Shown here: one piece after another, positions 1-7,515 of the stretch
How the letters are laid out: each line of letters starts with the position of its first letter
Position numbering within the stretch: the stretch's first letter is position 1
Assembly (NCBI GenBank): GCA_964503465.1
Contig: CAZCYZ010000002.1
Location: 70,995 to 134,994, forward strand
From: an uncultured Gammaproteobacteria bacterium
GTDB taxonomy: Bacteria > Patescibacteriota > Microgenomatia > UBA12405
Direction: 5' to 3'
DNA length: 64,000 nt
Translations under genes and position numbers: made by a program
The notes under the pieces: generated by a model
Seen by the model: the letters and a program-made list of their open reading frames with translations, nothing else
Told to the model about the DNA's origin: nothing
The model's database searches: none

Positions 1-701
1 GCAAAAACTTTTTGGAGATATTCGTCTGGTTGAGCCGATTTGATATAGTCAAAAAGACGACTGATTTGAGCCTCGGACAAGCTTTTATTCTTGAGCTCTT
101 TAGTTACTCCATCAATACCAATTTTGTTGTACTTATCAAGACTTTGAAGAATACTATTTTGATCAGTGGTGATGTTGGTTTGGCCAAGAATTTGGGAGAG
201 AATTTGGCGGCTGTTAATACGAATCGAATATTTTTTAAAATTAAGTTTGGTAAGAATGTTGTAGATGACAGCAATGATTTCGGCGTCGTTTAAAGGGGAG
301 GGTGGACCGAAGGTGTCAATGTCACATTGAAGGATTTCGCGATATCGACCACGTTGCGGTTTTTCGGCTCGCCAAACGGGTTGGATTTGGTAGCGTTTAA
401 AGGGTAAGGGGATTTGATTATTGTAAATTGCCAGGATTTTGGAGACGGGAACAGTGAGGTCGTAACGTAAACCGACGGATCGATCACCCTGATCTTTGAA
501 GGAATATACTAGTTTGTCGGCTTCATCGCCGTATTTGCCCATTAGGGTGGAGGAATACTCGAGGGCGGGAGTTTCGAGTGGCTCAAAGCCGAATTTTTCA
601 AAGACTTCAACCAAGATGTCTTTGACATAGTTTCTAACTGCCATATTTTCAGGCAGAAAATCGCGAAATCCTTTTAATGTTTGTGGCATATTTTGATTCA
701 T
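1..701 (-). CDS. hisS: Histidyl-tRNA synthetase (5' part; runs off window start)
   Basis: Manual translation from ATG 701: MNQNMPQTLKGFRDFLPE...FGFEPLETPALEY...GLRYDLTVP, the HisRS N-terminal motifs. Missing from the ORF track because it is truncated. Confidence 0.95.
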   Translation of the reverse strand, partial: MNQNMPQTLKGFRDFLPENMAVRNYVKDILVEVFEKFGFEPLETPALEYSSTLMGKYGDEADKLVYSFKDQGDRSVGLRYDLTVPVSKILAIYNNQIPLPFKRYQIQPVWRAEKPQRGRYREILQCDIDTFGPPSPLNDAEIIAVIYNILTKLNFKKYSIRINSRQILSQILGQTNITTDQNSILQSLDKYNKIGIDGVTKELKNKSLSEAQISRLFDYIKSAQPDEYLQKVF

Positions 702-730
702 AGTTGATTTTAACATTGTAAATTTTTATA

Positions 731-757
731 GGGCCCGGCAAACTGCCGGGCCCCTAC
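731..757 (-). repeat. GTAG-tagged REP-like palindrome
   Basis: Minus strand GTAG-GGGCCCGGCA-GTT-TGCCGGGCCC, a perfect 10-bp stem with no U-tract after it on the minus strand. Confidence 0.7.
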
Positions 758-764
758 AAGTGGA

Positions 765-1064
765 TTAGTGAACACTTGAACGGTCTCGATTTTGGCTAAA
801 ACCGGTACATTTTCTGACTTCAATGAAAACAATGTTATTTTTTTCACCATACATGCTGTAGTTAGGCAAGAGGCGAACATACCCACCCAGTGGACGCTTA
901 GGGGAGGGCGCCAATCTTTTAGTGATTGCTGCTGGAGCAGTGTCGTTAAGTCTGGACATTATTAACTTTTTTTGGGCGTCATTTACAATAAATTGACGAC
1001 TAAAGGTGGTTTTGTAGTCCGGTGTTGCCTGTGGTTCGTATGATGGTGTTGTTTCTCTTGGCAT
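765..1064 (-). CDS. Hypothetical 99-aa orphan protein between the His attenuator and hisS
   Basis: ORF track; fills the gap co-directionally; no recognisable motif. Confidence 0.55.
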   Translation of the reverse strand: MPRETTPSYEPQATPDYKTTFSRQFIVNDAQKKLIMSRLNDTAPAAITKRLAPSPKRPLGGYVRLLPNYSMYGEKNNIVFIEVRKCTGFSQNRDRSSVH

Positions 1065-1093
1065 AATTTGTTTAACTAATATTTTTGGGAATT

Positions 1094-1120
1094 AAAAAAT
1101 CCCCCAAGTACGGGGGATTT
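1094..1120 (-). terminator. Intrinsic terminator of His attenuator B
   Basis: Minus strand AAATCCCCC-GTACTT-GGGGGATTT-TTT. Confidence 0.85.
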
Positions 1121-1141
1121 GGATATTAATAAAGTTTTAGG

Positions 1142-1207
1142 TCAGCACCACCCCCGCGGAGTGAAGACCACGGTATGGGTGTGATGAGGAACAAATTTTA
1201 TTAACAT
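1142..1207 (-). CDS. His-rich leader peptide B (MLIKFVPHHTHTVVFTPRGWC)
   Basis: Manual translation; 3 His in 4 codons; contains CGGGGG complementary to the terminator 5' arm CCCCCG. Confidence 0.75.
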   Translation of the reverse strand: MLIKFVPHHTHTVVFTPRGWC

Positions 1208-1230
1208 ATTTTTTTTAACTAAAAGTAATG

Positions 1231-1266
1231 TTCTCCCTTGTCAAAGGGAGAATTAAAGAGGGATTT
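1231..1266 (-). repeat. CCCTT-TGACA-AGGG palindromic repeat, copy A
   Basis: AAATCCCTCTTTAATTCTCCCTTTGACAAGGGAGAA; 1232-1251 is identical over 20 bp to 26920-26939. Confidence 0.8.
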
Positions 1267-1269
1267 AGG

Positions 1270-1344
1270 GGTGACTGACGGGACTTGAACCCGCAACCAC
1301 TTGCTCCACAGGCAAGTGCTCTAACCAATTGAGCTACAGCCACC
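1270..1344 (-). tRNA. tRNA-His(GTG)
   Basis: Cloverleaf; anticodon arm CTTGC-CTGTGGA-GCAAG; encoded G-1 pairs with C73; followed by CCT rather than CCA. Confidence 0.96.
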
Positions 1345-1385
1345 ATAAATTAAAAGAACTATCCCGATGCTAATCGATCGGGATT

Positions 1386-1437
1386 GTATTTTTAGGCAAA
1401 ATTTGGCGTTTCAGTTCAAATTTTGACCTAAAAATAC
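1386..1437. other. Long inverted repeat in the tRNA-His 5' leader
   Basis: GTATTTTTAGG-CAAAATTTG / CAAATTTTG-A-CCTAAAAATAC: 20-bp stem with one bulge. A second hairpin ATCCCGAT/ATCGGGAT lies at 1361-1384. Confidence 0.75.
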
Positions 1438-1438
1438 T

Positions 1439-1465
1439 AAAAAACCCGCCTATTTGGCGGGGTTT
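1439..1465 (-). terminator. Intrinsic terminator of His attenuator A
   Basis: Minus strand AAACCCCGCC-AAATA-GGCGGG-TTTTTT. Confidence 0.85.
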
Positions 1466-1491
1466 GACTTCATCAAAATCACCGCCACGAG

Positions 1492-1530
1492 TTAGTGGGC
1501 GTGGTGATGGTTACTTTTGATGAACATCAT
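1492..1530 (-). CDS. His-rich leader peptide A (MMFIKSNHHHAH)
   Basis: ATG ATG TTC ATC AAA AGT AAC CAT CAC CAC GCC CAC TAA; sits just downstream of a consensus promoter and upstream of alternative hairpins. Confidence 0.85.
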   Translation of the reverse strand: MMFIKSNHHHAH

Positions 1531-1538
1531 TGAAAGGG

Positions 1539-1566
1539 ATTATAGGGAAATTATTATCGTTGTCAA
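1539..1566 (-). promoter_or_regulatory. Sigma70 promoter for the His leader/tRNA-His unit
   Basis: TTGACA (1566-1561), 16-bp spacer, TATAAT (1544-1539), 8 nt before the leader ATG. Confidence 0.85.
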
Positions 1567-2261
1567 GGTTTTGGGGTGGGGGAGGGAGATCCGCCAGTTG
1601 GCGGAGGGGCGTAATCAAGGTCGATAAGGGTAACGGCGGTGTAGGTGCCGCCAGTGCTGGTTTTGATGACAGCCACAAGGCGGTGTCCCTTGGTTAGGTT
1701 TTTGATATCAATTTTTTGTTTTTGGGGACCGTAACTTTCGGTGGTGTTGGTGGTTTTAATCTGGAACTGTTGGTTTTTGTTATTGAGGGGGACTAGGGTA
1801 AAGACAGGAGAAGTTTGGGAGGTGTCAGTAACTTGCCCAAAAATTAATTGGTCTTTTGGCTTGGTTGAGTCAAGTTCAATGGCAACTAGTCGTTTGGTAT
1901 CGAGGTTTTTATTGCTGTCCATGCGTCCGAGAGCGAGAAGGCCTTGGCCAATCTTGATGGTGCTAATTTTGGCTTTGTTGCGTTTGAGGTCAATATAAAT
2001 GGTGTCGGGAGAAATCTTAAGCCGGCGAAGGCTACTATTGTAGTCGATTACAATTTCGGTGGCGTCAGCGGTGGTAACTGTCCCAAAATAGCCTTTGGTT
2101 TGATCTTCTTCGGTGTCAGTGGTGATTTGTTTTAGTTTCTCCAGAACTTTCTGTTGGACTGCTTGACGAATTTTTTGAATGTCATCGGTTTTGGTGGGTA
2201 AGATTTCTGGAGTGGGGGTAGGACTGATGGCTAGAGCAATGAGGGAGAGGAGAGTAATCAT
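1563..2261 (-). CDS. Secreted hypothetical protein with two beta-rich (DUF5666-like) repeats
   Basis: Signal-like N-terminus, PT-rich linkers, two GxVT-starting beta repeats. Confidence 0.6.
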   Translation of the reverse strand: MITLLSLIALAISPTPTPEILPTKTDDIQKIRQAVQQKVLEKLKQITTDTEEDQTKGYFGTVTTADATEIVIDYNSSLRRLKISPDTIYIDLKRNKAKISTIKIGQGLLALGRMDSNKNLDTKRLVAIELDSTKPKDQLIFGQVTDTSQTSPVFTLVPLNNKNQQFQIKTTNTTESYGPQKQKIDIKNLTKGHRLVAVIKTSTGGTYTAVTLIDLDYAPPPTGGSPSPTPKP

Positions 2262-2725
2262 AATTTGGCGGTTGAATAAGTGAGGTAAATTTGGGTTGAG
2301 TTTTGAGAATTATCCGTTGGATTAATACTGATAATTTGGATGGGATTAACGCCGCTATCAAGTTCTATGTCGGTGGAGAACGAGCCATTGCTGTCGGAGC
2401 TGGTTTGGGCAGTCTTGAGTGGACTTCGGATAACGACAATATTGTTGGGGTTGGTTGAGCCACGAATTTCGACTTTGGCAGTATTGACAACACTATTGTC
2501 TTTGGGGGAGTCGATAATTAGGCTAGAATTAGTAGTTTCCAGGGTGGGGGTGGGAAGAATGGTAGGTGACGGGCTTTGAGATATGGACGAGTTGGTTGGG
2601 GTGGCAGTTGGGGTGGGGGTAACGCCAGAGTGGTTTTTGTTTTGGCGAAGAGTTAGGAAACTGCCAGTAGCGCCAAATCCTAACAGAGCTCCAAGAAGGA
2701 TGGCAAGTAACAACTCTTTCATCAT
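2258..2725 (-). CDS. Membrane-anchored Ig-like domain protein
   Basis: N-terminal TM, P/T/S linker, 'IDSPKDNSVV...GSF...L..GVN.I.I' Ig-like pattern. Confidence 0.65.
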   Translation of the reverse strand: MMKELLLAILLGALLGFGATGSFLTLRQNKNHSGVTPTPTATPTNSSISQSPSPTILPTPTLETTNSSLIIDSPKDNSVVNTAKVEIRGSTNPNNIVVIRSPLKTAQTSSDSNGSFSTDIELDSGVNPIQIISINPTDNSQNSTQIYLTYSTAKL

Positions 2726-2768
2726 GGGTTTAGTTTAGATGATATCAGAGGATGATAGAATTAGAAAT

Positions 2769-3305
2769 ATGGAGATAAAAAGAATCGAAAACAAAAATAT
2801 TGTTTTGGTGGGGAAAAAGGAAACAGTTTTGATTGATCCAAAAGAGTGGAATGATGAAAGAATTGTGCTTTTTACGCAATCGGGTAAACAACAGCTTTAC
2901 AATGGTAAGTCGGTGGTAATTAATGGTCCGGGTGAGTATGAAGTTGGGGGAGTCGAGGTAGAGGGGATAAGGGCCGGGGAGACGACAACGTATGTTTTGG
3001 GGGTTGATCGGGTAAGGATAGGAGTGATTGGGAAGATTGCCCAAGGGTTAACTGAAAAGAAAATTGATCGGATAAGTGAGCTTGATGTGTTGATATTTGA
3101 TTTAGGAATGGAGGTGGCGGTAAAAGAAATAATTAAATTAGCCAAAAAGTGGGGGGTGAATTATTTGTTGCCAGTAACTAATGGAAATGAAGATAAACTC
3201 AAAAAGTTTTTGGACGAGGTGGATCAGGAAGGTTTAGAAAAAGTGGCCAGTTTCAAGGTGGATAGAGATGAGTTGCCCGATGGGATGGAGGTGGTGTTGT
3301 TGTGA
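2769..3305 (+). CDS. MBL-fold hydrolase-like protein (metal motif degenerate)
   Basis: VLIDP and GPGEYEVGGV motifs; no HxHxDH; start set at ATG 2769 after TAGAAT. Confidence 0.75.
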   Translation: MEIKRIENKNIVLVGKKETVLIDPKEWNDERIVLFTQSGKQQLYNGKSVVINGPGEYEVGGVEVEGIRAGETTTYVLGVDRVRIGVIGKIAQGLTEKKIDRISELDVLIFDLGMEVAVKEIIKLAKKWGVNYLLPVTNGNEDKLKKFLDEVDQEGLEKVASFKVDRDELPDGMEVVLL

Positions 3306-4609
3306 GTGACAAATTGCGACTGCCTCCAAGTTCAGAACAGGCAGAAGTGTCGGTGCTGGGGGCAATTTTGATCAATAATGATGCTATTTTAACGGCAGTT
3401 GAAATTTTAAAGCCAGAATATTTTTATAACCGGAACCTGGGTCAGATTTATGAGGCAATGTGTCGATTGTATGAGTCTAGGGCGCCGATTGATATTGTAA
3501 CGGTGTCAGAAAAGCTAAAAGAGCTAAAAACTTTAAAAGAAGTTGGAGGTAAGGCTTTTTTGACCTCGTTGGCAGCTGAGGTACCAACTGCAGCTAATGT
3601 GGAAAGTTATGCTCGGATTATTAAGTCTTTGGCGGCGAAGCGGGAAATCATTGCAGCGGCGGCTCGAATTACTGATAAGGCTTTTGACGAAGGTCTACCA
3701 TCAACGGAACTGTTGGACTTGGCTGAACAGGAAGTGTTTACTTTGTCGCAAAAACATTTAAAGTCGGTGCCGACTTCGCTGCGGGAAGTGTTGACTGAAA
3801 GTTTTGATAGATTGGACGAATTACAAAAACTTGGTAGTGGATTAAGAGGTATTGGAACCGGTTTTGGAGCATTGGATGGGATGCTCGCTGGAATGCAGGA
3901 TAGCAATTTGATAGTGGTGGCGGCTAGGCCAGGGGTGGGAAAAACAGCTTTTTGTTTGAATATTGCCCGATATGTGGCAGTGGAGTCTAAGCTACCGACC
4001 TGCATCTTTAGTTTGGAAATGAGCAAGGAGGAACTGGTAGACCGGTTGTTGGTCAGGCAGGGATTAATCGATGCTTGGAAATTAAAGACTGGCCAACTAA
4101 CGGATGATGACTTTGTATCCTTGTCAGAGGCGATGGGGGTGCTAGCAGAGGCACCATTATATATAGATGATACTCCCGGTTTAACGGTGACCGAGTTGCG
4201 AACAAAGGCTCGAAGATTGCAGGTGGATAAAGGGATAAGATTTATAATTGTGGATTATTTGCAGTTGATGCATGGGAGTACCCGGGATAATCGGGTGCAG
4301 GAAGTATCGGAAATTTCCCAGGGGTTAAAAAACTTGGCAAGGGAGTTAAAAGTGCCGATTTTGGCGGCAGCCCAGCTTTCCCGGGCGACGGAGGCCAGGG
4401 GAGGGAAGCCAAAGCTATCGGATTTGCGAGAATCGGGAAGTATTGAACAGGATTCGGACGTGGTGATGTTTTTACATCGGGAAGATGAGGATAATCGAGA
4501 ATTGGTGACTTTAAACATTGAGAAACATCGTAATGGTCCGACAGGGCAAATGAATCTCTACTTTAATGGCAAGCAAGTGAGTTTCTTTAATATTGAGAAG
4601 AAAGATTGA
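3302..4609 (+). CDS. dnaB: Replicative DNA helicase
   Basis: AARPGVGKT, FSLEM, DYLQL, SDLRESGSIEQD, KHRNGP motifs. Confidence 0.98.
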   Translation: MSDKLRLPPSSEQAEVSVLGAILINNDAILTAVEILKPEYFYNRNLGQIYEAMCRLYESRAPIDIVTVSEKLKELKTLKEVGGKAFLTSLAAEVPTAANVESYARIIKSLAAKREIIAAAARITDKAFDEGLPSTELLDLAEQEVFTLSQKHLKSVPTSLREVLTESFDRLDELQKLGSGLRGIGTGFGALDGMLAGMQDSNLIVVAARPGVGKTAFCLNIARYVAVESKLPTCIFSLEMSKEELVDRLLVRQGLIDAWKLKTGQLTDDDFVSLSEAMGVLAEAPLYIDDTPGLTVTELRTKARRLQVDKGIRFIIVDYLQLMHGSTRDNRVQEVSEISQGLKNLARELKVPILAAAQLSRATEARGGKPKLSDLRESGSIEQDSDVVMFLHREDEDNRELVTLNIEKHRNGPTGQMNLYFNGKQVSFFNIEKKD

Positions 4610-4623
4610 TAAAATAGAGTCAG

Positions 4624-4711
4624 GCCGATGTGGCGGAACTGGTAGACGCGCACGACTCAAAATCGTGTTCTGTAACCCAGAGTGTGGGTTCGACTCCCAC
4701 CTTCGGCACCA
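4624..4711 (+). tRNA. tRNA-Leu(CAA)
   Basis: Anticodon arm CACGA-CTCAAAA-TCGTG, long variable arm, GGTTCGACTCC T arm, encoded ACCA end. Confidence 0.95.
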
Positions 4712-5355
4712 TGAACTTGGCGATATTTAAGACTTTGGGGATAGTGTTGTTTATGTATTTAACTTGGCGGAATTTAAGGGATGATTATTCGGAGGATGAC
4801 TTGGTGACTTATGGTTGGCTGTCAGTGTTGACGTTATTAGTTTTTGGCCGGTTGGCTTTTGGGCTAATAAACTGGGGGGTGTGGAATGAGCGGTGGTGGG
4901 ATTGGTTACTGTTTTGGGAGAAACCGGGAAGCAATGTTGTTTTTGGTTATGGAGGATTGTTGCTGATAACTGGTTGGTGGTCGAGGGTAAAGGGTTGGAA
5001 GGTATGGGCTTTGTTGGAGGATATTAGCCCGAACTTATTGGTGATGTTTTTATTAATATCGATTGACGAGATAGTTTGGTCGTGGCGGGGTTGGAGAGAT
5101 TGGGGGGTGGTGGGGATATTGTTGTTGGGTTTGGTGGCGGGAAGGTTTTTGTCTCAAAGATACCGGTCATTTGTATGGTATCGAAGCGGAAAAAAAGGTT
5201 TTGTTTTTTGGGCCGTTAATGCCATAATCTGGTTATCATGGTCCGTTTTAACCTGGGATTATCTAAAGTTGATCGTTGGTTTGATTTCTGTGGCAGGATT
5301 AGTTATTCTAGGGGATGTTTTTACACTGTTAAAAGTTGTAACTAAGAGGAGGTAA
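4711..5355 (+). CDS. Lgt-like (prolipoprotein diacylglyceryl transferase-like) membrane protein, divergent
   Basis: Multi-TM, GRL motif and 'FWEKPG..V.FGYGG' segment; context with lspA and a RluA-family gene; first ATG after the tRNA. Confidence 0.6.
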   Translation: MNLAIFKTLGIVLFMYLTWRNLRDDYSEDDLVTYGWLSVLTLLVFGRLAFGLINWGVWNERWWDWLLFWEKPGSNVVFGYGGLLLITGWWSRVKGWKVWALLEDISPNLLVMFLLISIDEIVWSWRGWRDWGVVGILLLGLVAGRFLSQRYRSFVWYRSGKKGFVFWAVNAIIWLSWSVLTWDYLKLIVGLISVAGLVILGDVFTLLKVVTKRR

Positions 5356-5356
5356 C

Positions 5357-5719
5357 ATGACAGGGTTGTTTCCATCAAATTTGCTAACACCAATTCAGAA
5401 GTTTTTGAAGGGAGAATTAGTTAAGCTTAAAAAGACGCGAAAGTCGATTAATAAGGCCGATCCGTTTAAGGATAGTGATCGGGCGGGAGAAAATTCTTTG
5501 GAGGAAGATGTAGATGAGCAGATTGGTCACTTCGATGCTGAAGTTAAGAATAATTTTATTAGTAAGCAGATTGTTCAACTTCGAAAGGCTTTGACGATGA
5601 TCAAGATTGGTCGTTACGGAATTTGTGAGAAATGTGGCAAGATGATAGATACGGATCGGTTGGCAGCTCGACCAGAGACGACTGTCTGTATTGATTGTCA
5701 AAAAGAATCGGAGAGTTAA
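5357..5719 (+). CDS. DksA/TraR C4 zinc-finger protein
   Basis: YGICEKCGKMIDTDRLAARPETTVCIDC. Confidence 0.92.
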   Translation: MTGLFPSNLLTPIQKFLKGELVKLKKTRKSINKADPFKDSDRAGENSLEEDVDEQIGHFDAEVKNNFISKQIVQLRKALTMIKIGRYGICEKCGKMIDTDRLAARPETTVCIDCQKESES

Positions 5720-5722
5720 ATA

Positions 5723-6019
5723 GTGGTCTTGGCAAATCATGGTATTAGTTTTGGGATGAGTTTTCCTGGGGTGTGGTTGGTAGGATTGGTGGTGTGGATG
5801 TGGTTGGCGGTAGTGTGGTGGAAGAATAAATCTTGGGGTTTGGGTCTAATGCTAATAGGAGGGTTTTTGAATTTGGCGGAGAGAGTAGTTCTGGGGTATG
5901 TAACTGATTATTGGAAAGTTCCCGGGTTAAATCTTTATAATAATCTTAATGATTGGTTGATTTTTATTGGGGTAATCGTATTTGTAGGAGAAAACTTATG
6001 GAACAATCGGTCGAAATAG
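5723..6019 (+). CDS. lspA: Signal peptidase II, shortened
   Basis: NHGISFG, GGFLNLAER, GYVTDY and NLND motifs. Confidence 0.75.
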   Translation: MVLANHGISFGMSFPGVWLVGLVVWMWLAVVWWKNKSWGLGLMLIGGFLNLAERVVLGYVTDYWKVPGLNLYNNLNDWLIFIGVIVFVGENLWNNRSK

Positions 6020-6684
6020 TATACAAAGACAGTGATTTGTTGGTGTTAAACAAGCCGGCTGGGTGGGTAACTACGAGGGAAAATCAAAAATCAAAGATTA
6101 AAGGTCAAAAATATATTGAGGATTGGGTGGAGGAAAATTACCCCAATGACCTACCAAGGAAGGGGATTGTCCACCGGTTAGATAAGGGGACGTCGGGATT
6201 GTTAGTAGTGGCCAGAAATGAGAAGTCACTGGCTTATTTGAAGAAGCAGTTTAAAGACAAACTGGTGGAAAAGAAATATTTGGCATTGGTAGTGGGTGAT
6301 TTACCTGGTGATGGGGTGATGGATGTGCCGATTGGGCGATTGTCGGGGCGGGGAAAATTCGGAGTCGTGGTTGGTGGAAGAGAAGCGAGAACAGAATTTA
6401 AGGTAGTGGCCAAATATCGGGGTTTATTGGGGTTGATAACACTTTTGGAACTGTCGCCCAAAACTGGCCGAACTCATCAGATAAGGGTTCACCTAAAATA
6501 TTTGGGTTGGCCGATTGTGGGGGATAGAAAATATGGTGGTTTAGCAGTTGCGGGGTTAAATCGGCCGTTTTTGCACGCTGCCAGCCTTAAAATTAATCAT
6601 CCGCAAAATGGGGAGCTGATGAAATTTGAAGTTGAATTAGCAGTGGAGTTGAAGACATTTCTGGCGACATATGAAAAAGTTTAA
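5998..6684 (+). CDS. RluA/RluD-family pseudouridine synthase
   Basis: NKPAG, HRLDKGTSG, TGRTHQIRVH, GDRKYG, FLHA; ATG 5998 preceded by AGGAG. Confidence 0.95.
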   Translation: MEQSVEIVYKDSDLLVLNKPAGWVTTRENQKSKIKGQKYIEDWVEENYPNDLPRKGIVHRLDKGTSGLLVVARNEKSLAYLKKQFKDKLVEKKYLALVVGDLPGDGVMDVPIGRLSGRGKFGVVVGGREARTEFKVVAKYRGLLGLITLLELSPKTGRTHQIRVHLKYLGWPIVGDRKYGGLAVAGLNRPFLHAASLKINHPQNGELMKFEVELAVELKTFLATYEKV

Positions 6685-7504
6685 GATTAAGTTAGGAATA
6701 TGGTTAGCCCTGGTTGGGGTGGGATTGGGGTGGTGGTTTTTTAGCGGCAGATATGAGTGGAACAATGATATTAGATTGGTTGTCTTGGGTGATCAGGAGT
6801 TAGGATTGGTGTCAATTTCACCTGATAGGCGGATGATAAATATGGTGAAAGTTGAAGGTCAAGTGTCAGTTTGGATTCCTGGGGGTTTGGGTTGGTATCC
6901 GGTAAACCGTTTAAAGAAAATAGTGCATCAGGAGGGTAGTCGTAAGCTGGTAACCGAGGTAGCCTTTTATAATTTTGGTTTTGTTTCGGAAAGATTGGTT
7001 GAAGTTTCGTCTGTAGATGACTGGGAACGGGATAGGACTTTGTTGCCTTCTTTGGGGTGGAAAGAGTGGTTGAGGTTTAGATTAATATCGGCCAATATGT
7101 TGCCTCGAACAGAGGTCTTGTCGGGTTCCTTGGTCGACGATGATATTAAGCTTGACGATATGTTGGTAAGAGATTTGGCTGACAGCCAAATCGTTAATGA
7201 AGAAATGAGGCTGGTGGTGATTAATGCCAGTCGGGAAGTAGGAATGGCCAATTTTATTGCTAAAAGGTTGGAATGGTCCGGACTGACGGTGACCGACATC
7301 GACAAAAGTGATAATCCGATTGAGGGGTGTAAAATAGTGGCTAACAAAGATATGGAAAAGAGTACGGGTTTGGGAATGATTAGGAAGTGGTGGGGTTGTG
7401 AGCTGGAGTTGATTGAGGGCAGTGGTGGTGAAGTGGAATTGTATTTGGGTGATAAATTGGCGAAAATGTTAAACTATTCAAGTTATAATCAGTCTCCTAA
7501 TTAG
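6671..7504 (+). CDS. LytR C-terminal domain membrane protein
   Basis: N-terminal TM; 'VVINAS..VGMA..IA..LE.SG' and 'VELYLG' LytR_C pattern. Confidence 0.7.
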   Translation: MKKFKIKLGIWLALVGVGLGWWFFSGRYEWNNDIRLVVLGDQELGLVSISPDRRMINMVKVEGQVSVWIPGGLGWYPVNRLKKIVHQEGSRKLVTEVAFYNFGFVSERLVEVSSVDDWERDRTLLPSLGWKEWLRFRLISANMLPRTEVLSGSLVDDDIKLDDMLVRDLADSQIVNEEMRLVVINASREVGMANFIAKRLEWSGLTVTDIDKSDNPIEGCKIVANKDMEKSTGLGMIRKWWGCELELIEGSGGEVELYLGDKLAKMLNYSSYNQSPN

Positions 7505-7515
7505 GATAAAGTTGT

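Noticed and set aside
12-487. ORF-track entries 12..293(+) and 290..487(-)
   Set aside because: They are shadows of hisS, which occupies 1-701 on the minus strand in another frame.
1141-1156. GGGTGGTGCTG resembling a T-box motif
   Set aside because: It lacks the UGGNACC bulge and there is no stem I; a His-codon leader explains the region better.
4630-4710. N-terminal extension of the 241-aa ORF
   Set aside because: It is the tRNA-Leu sequence read in frame.
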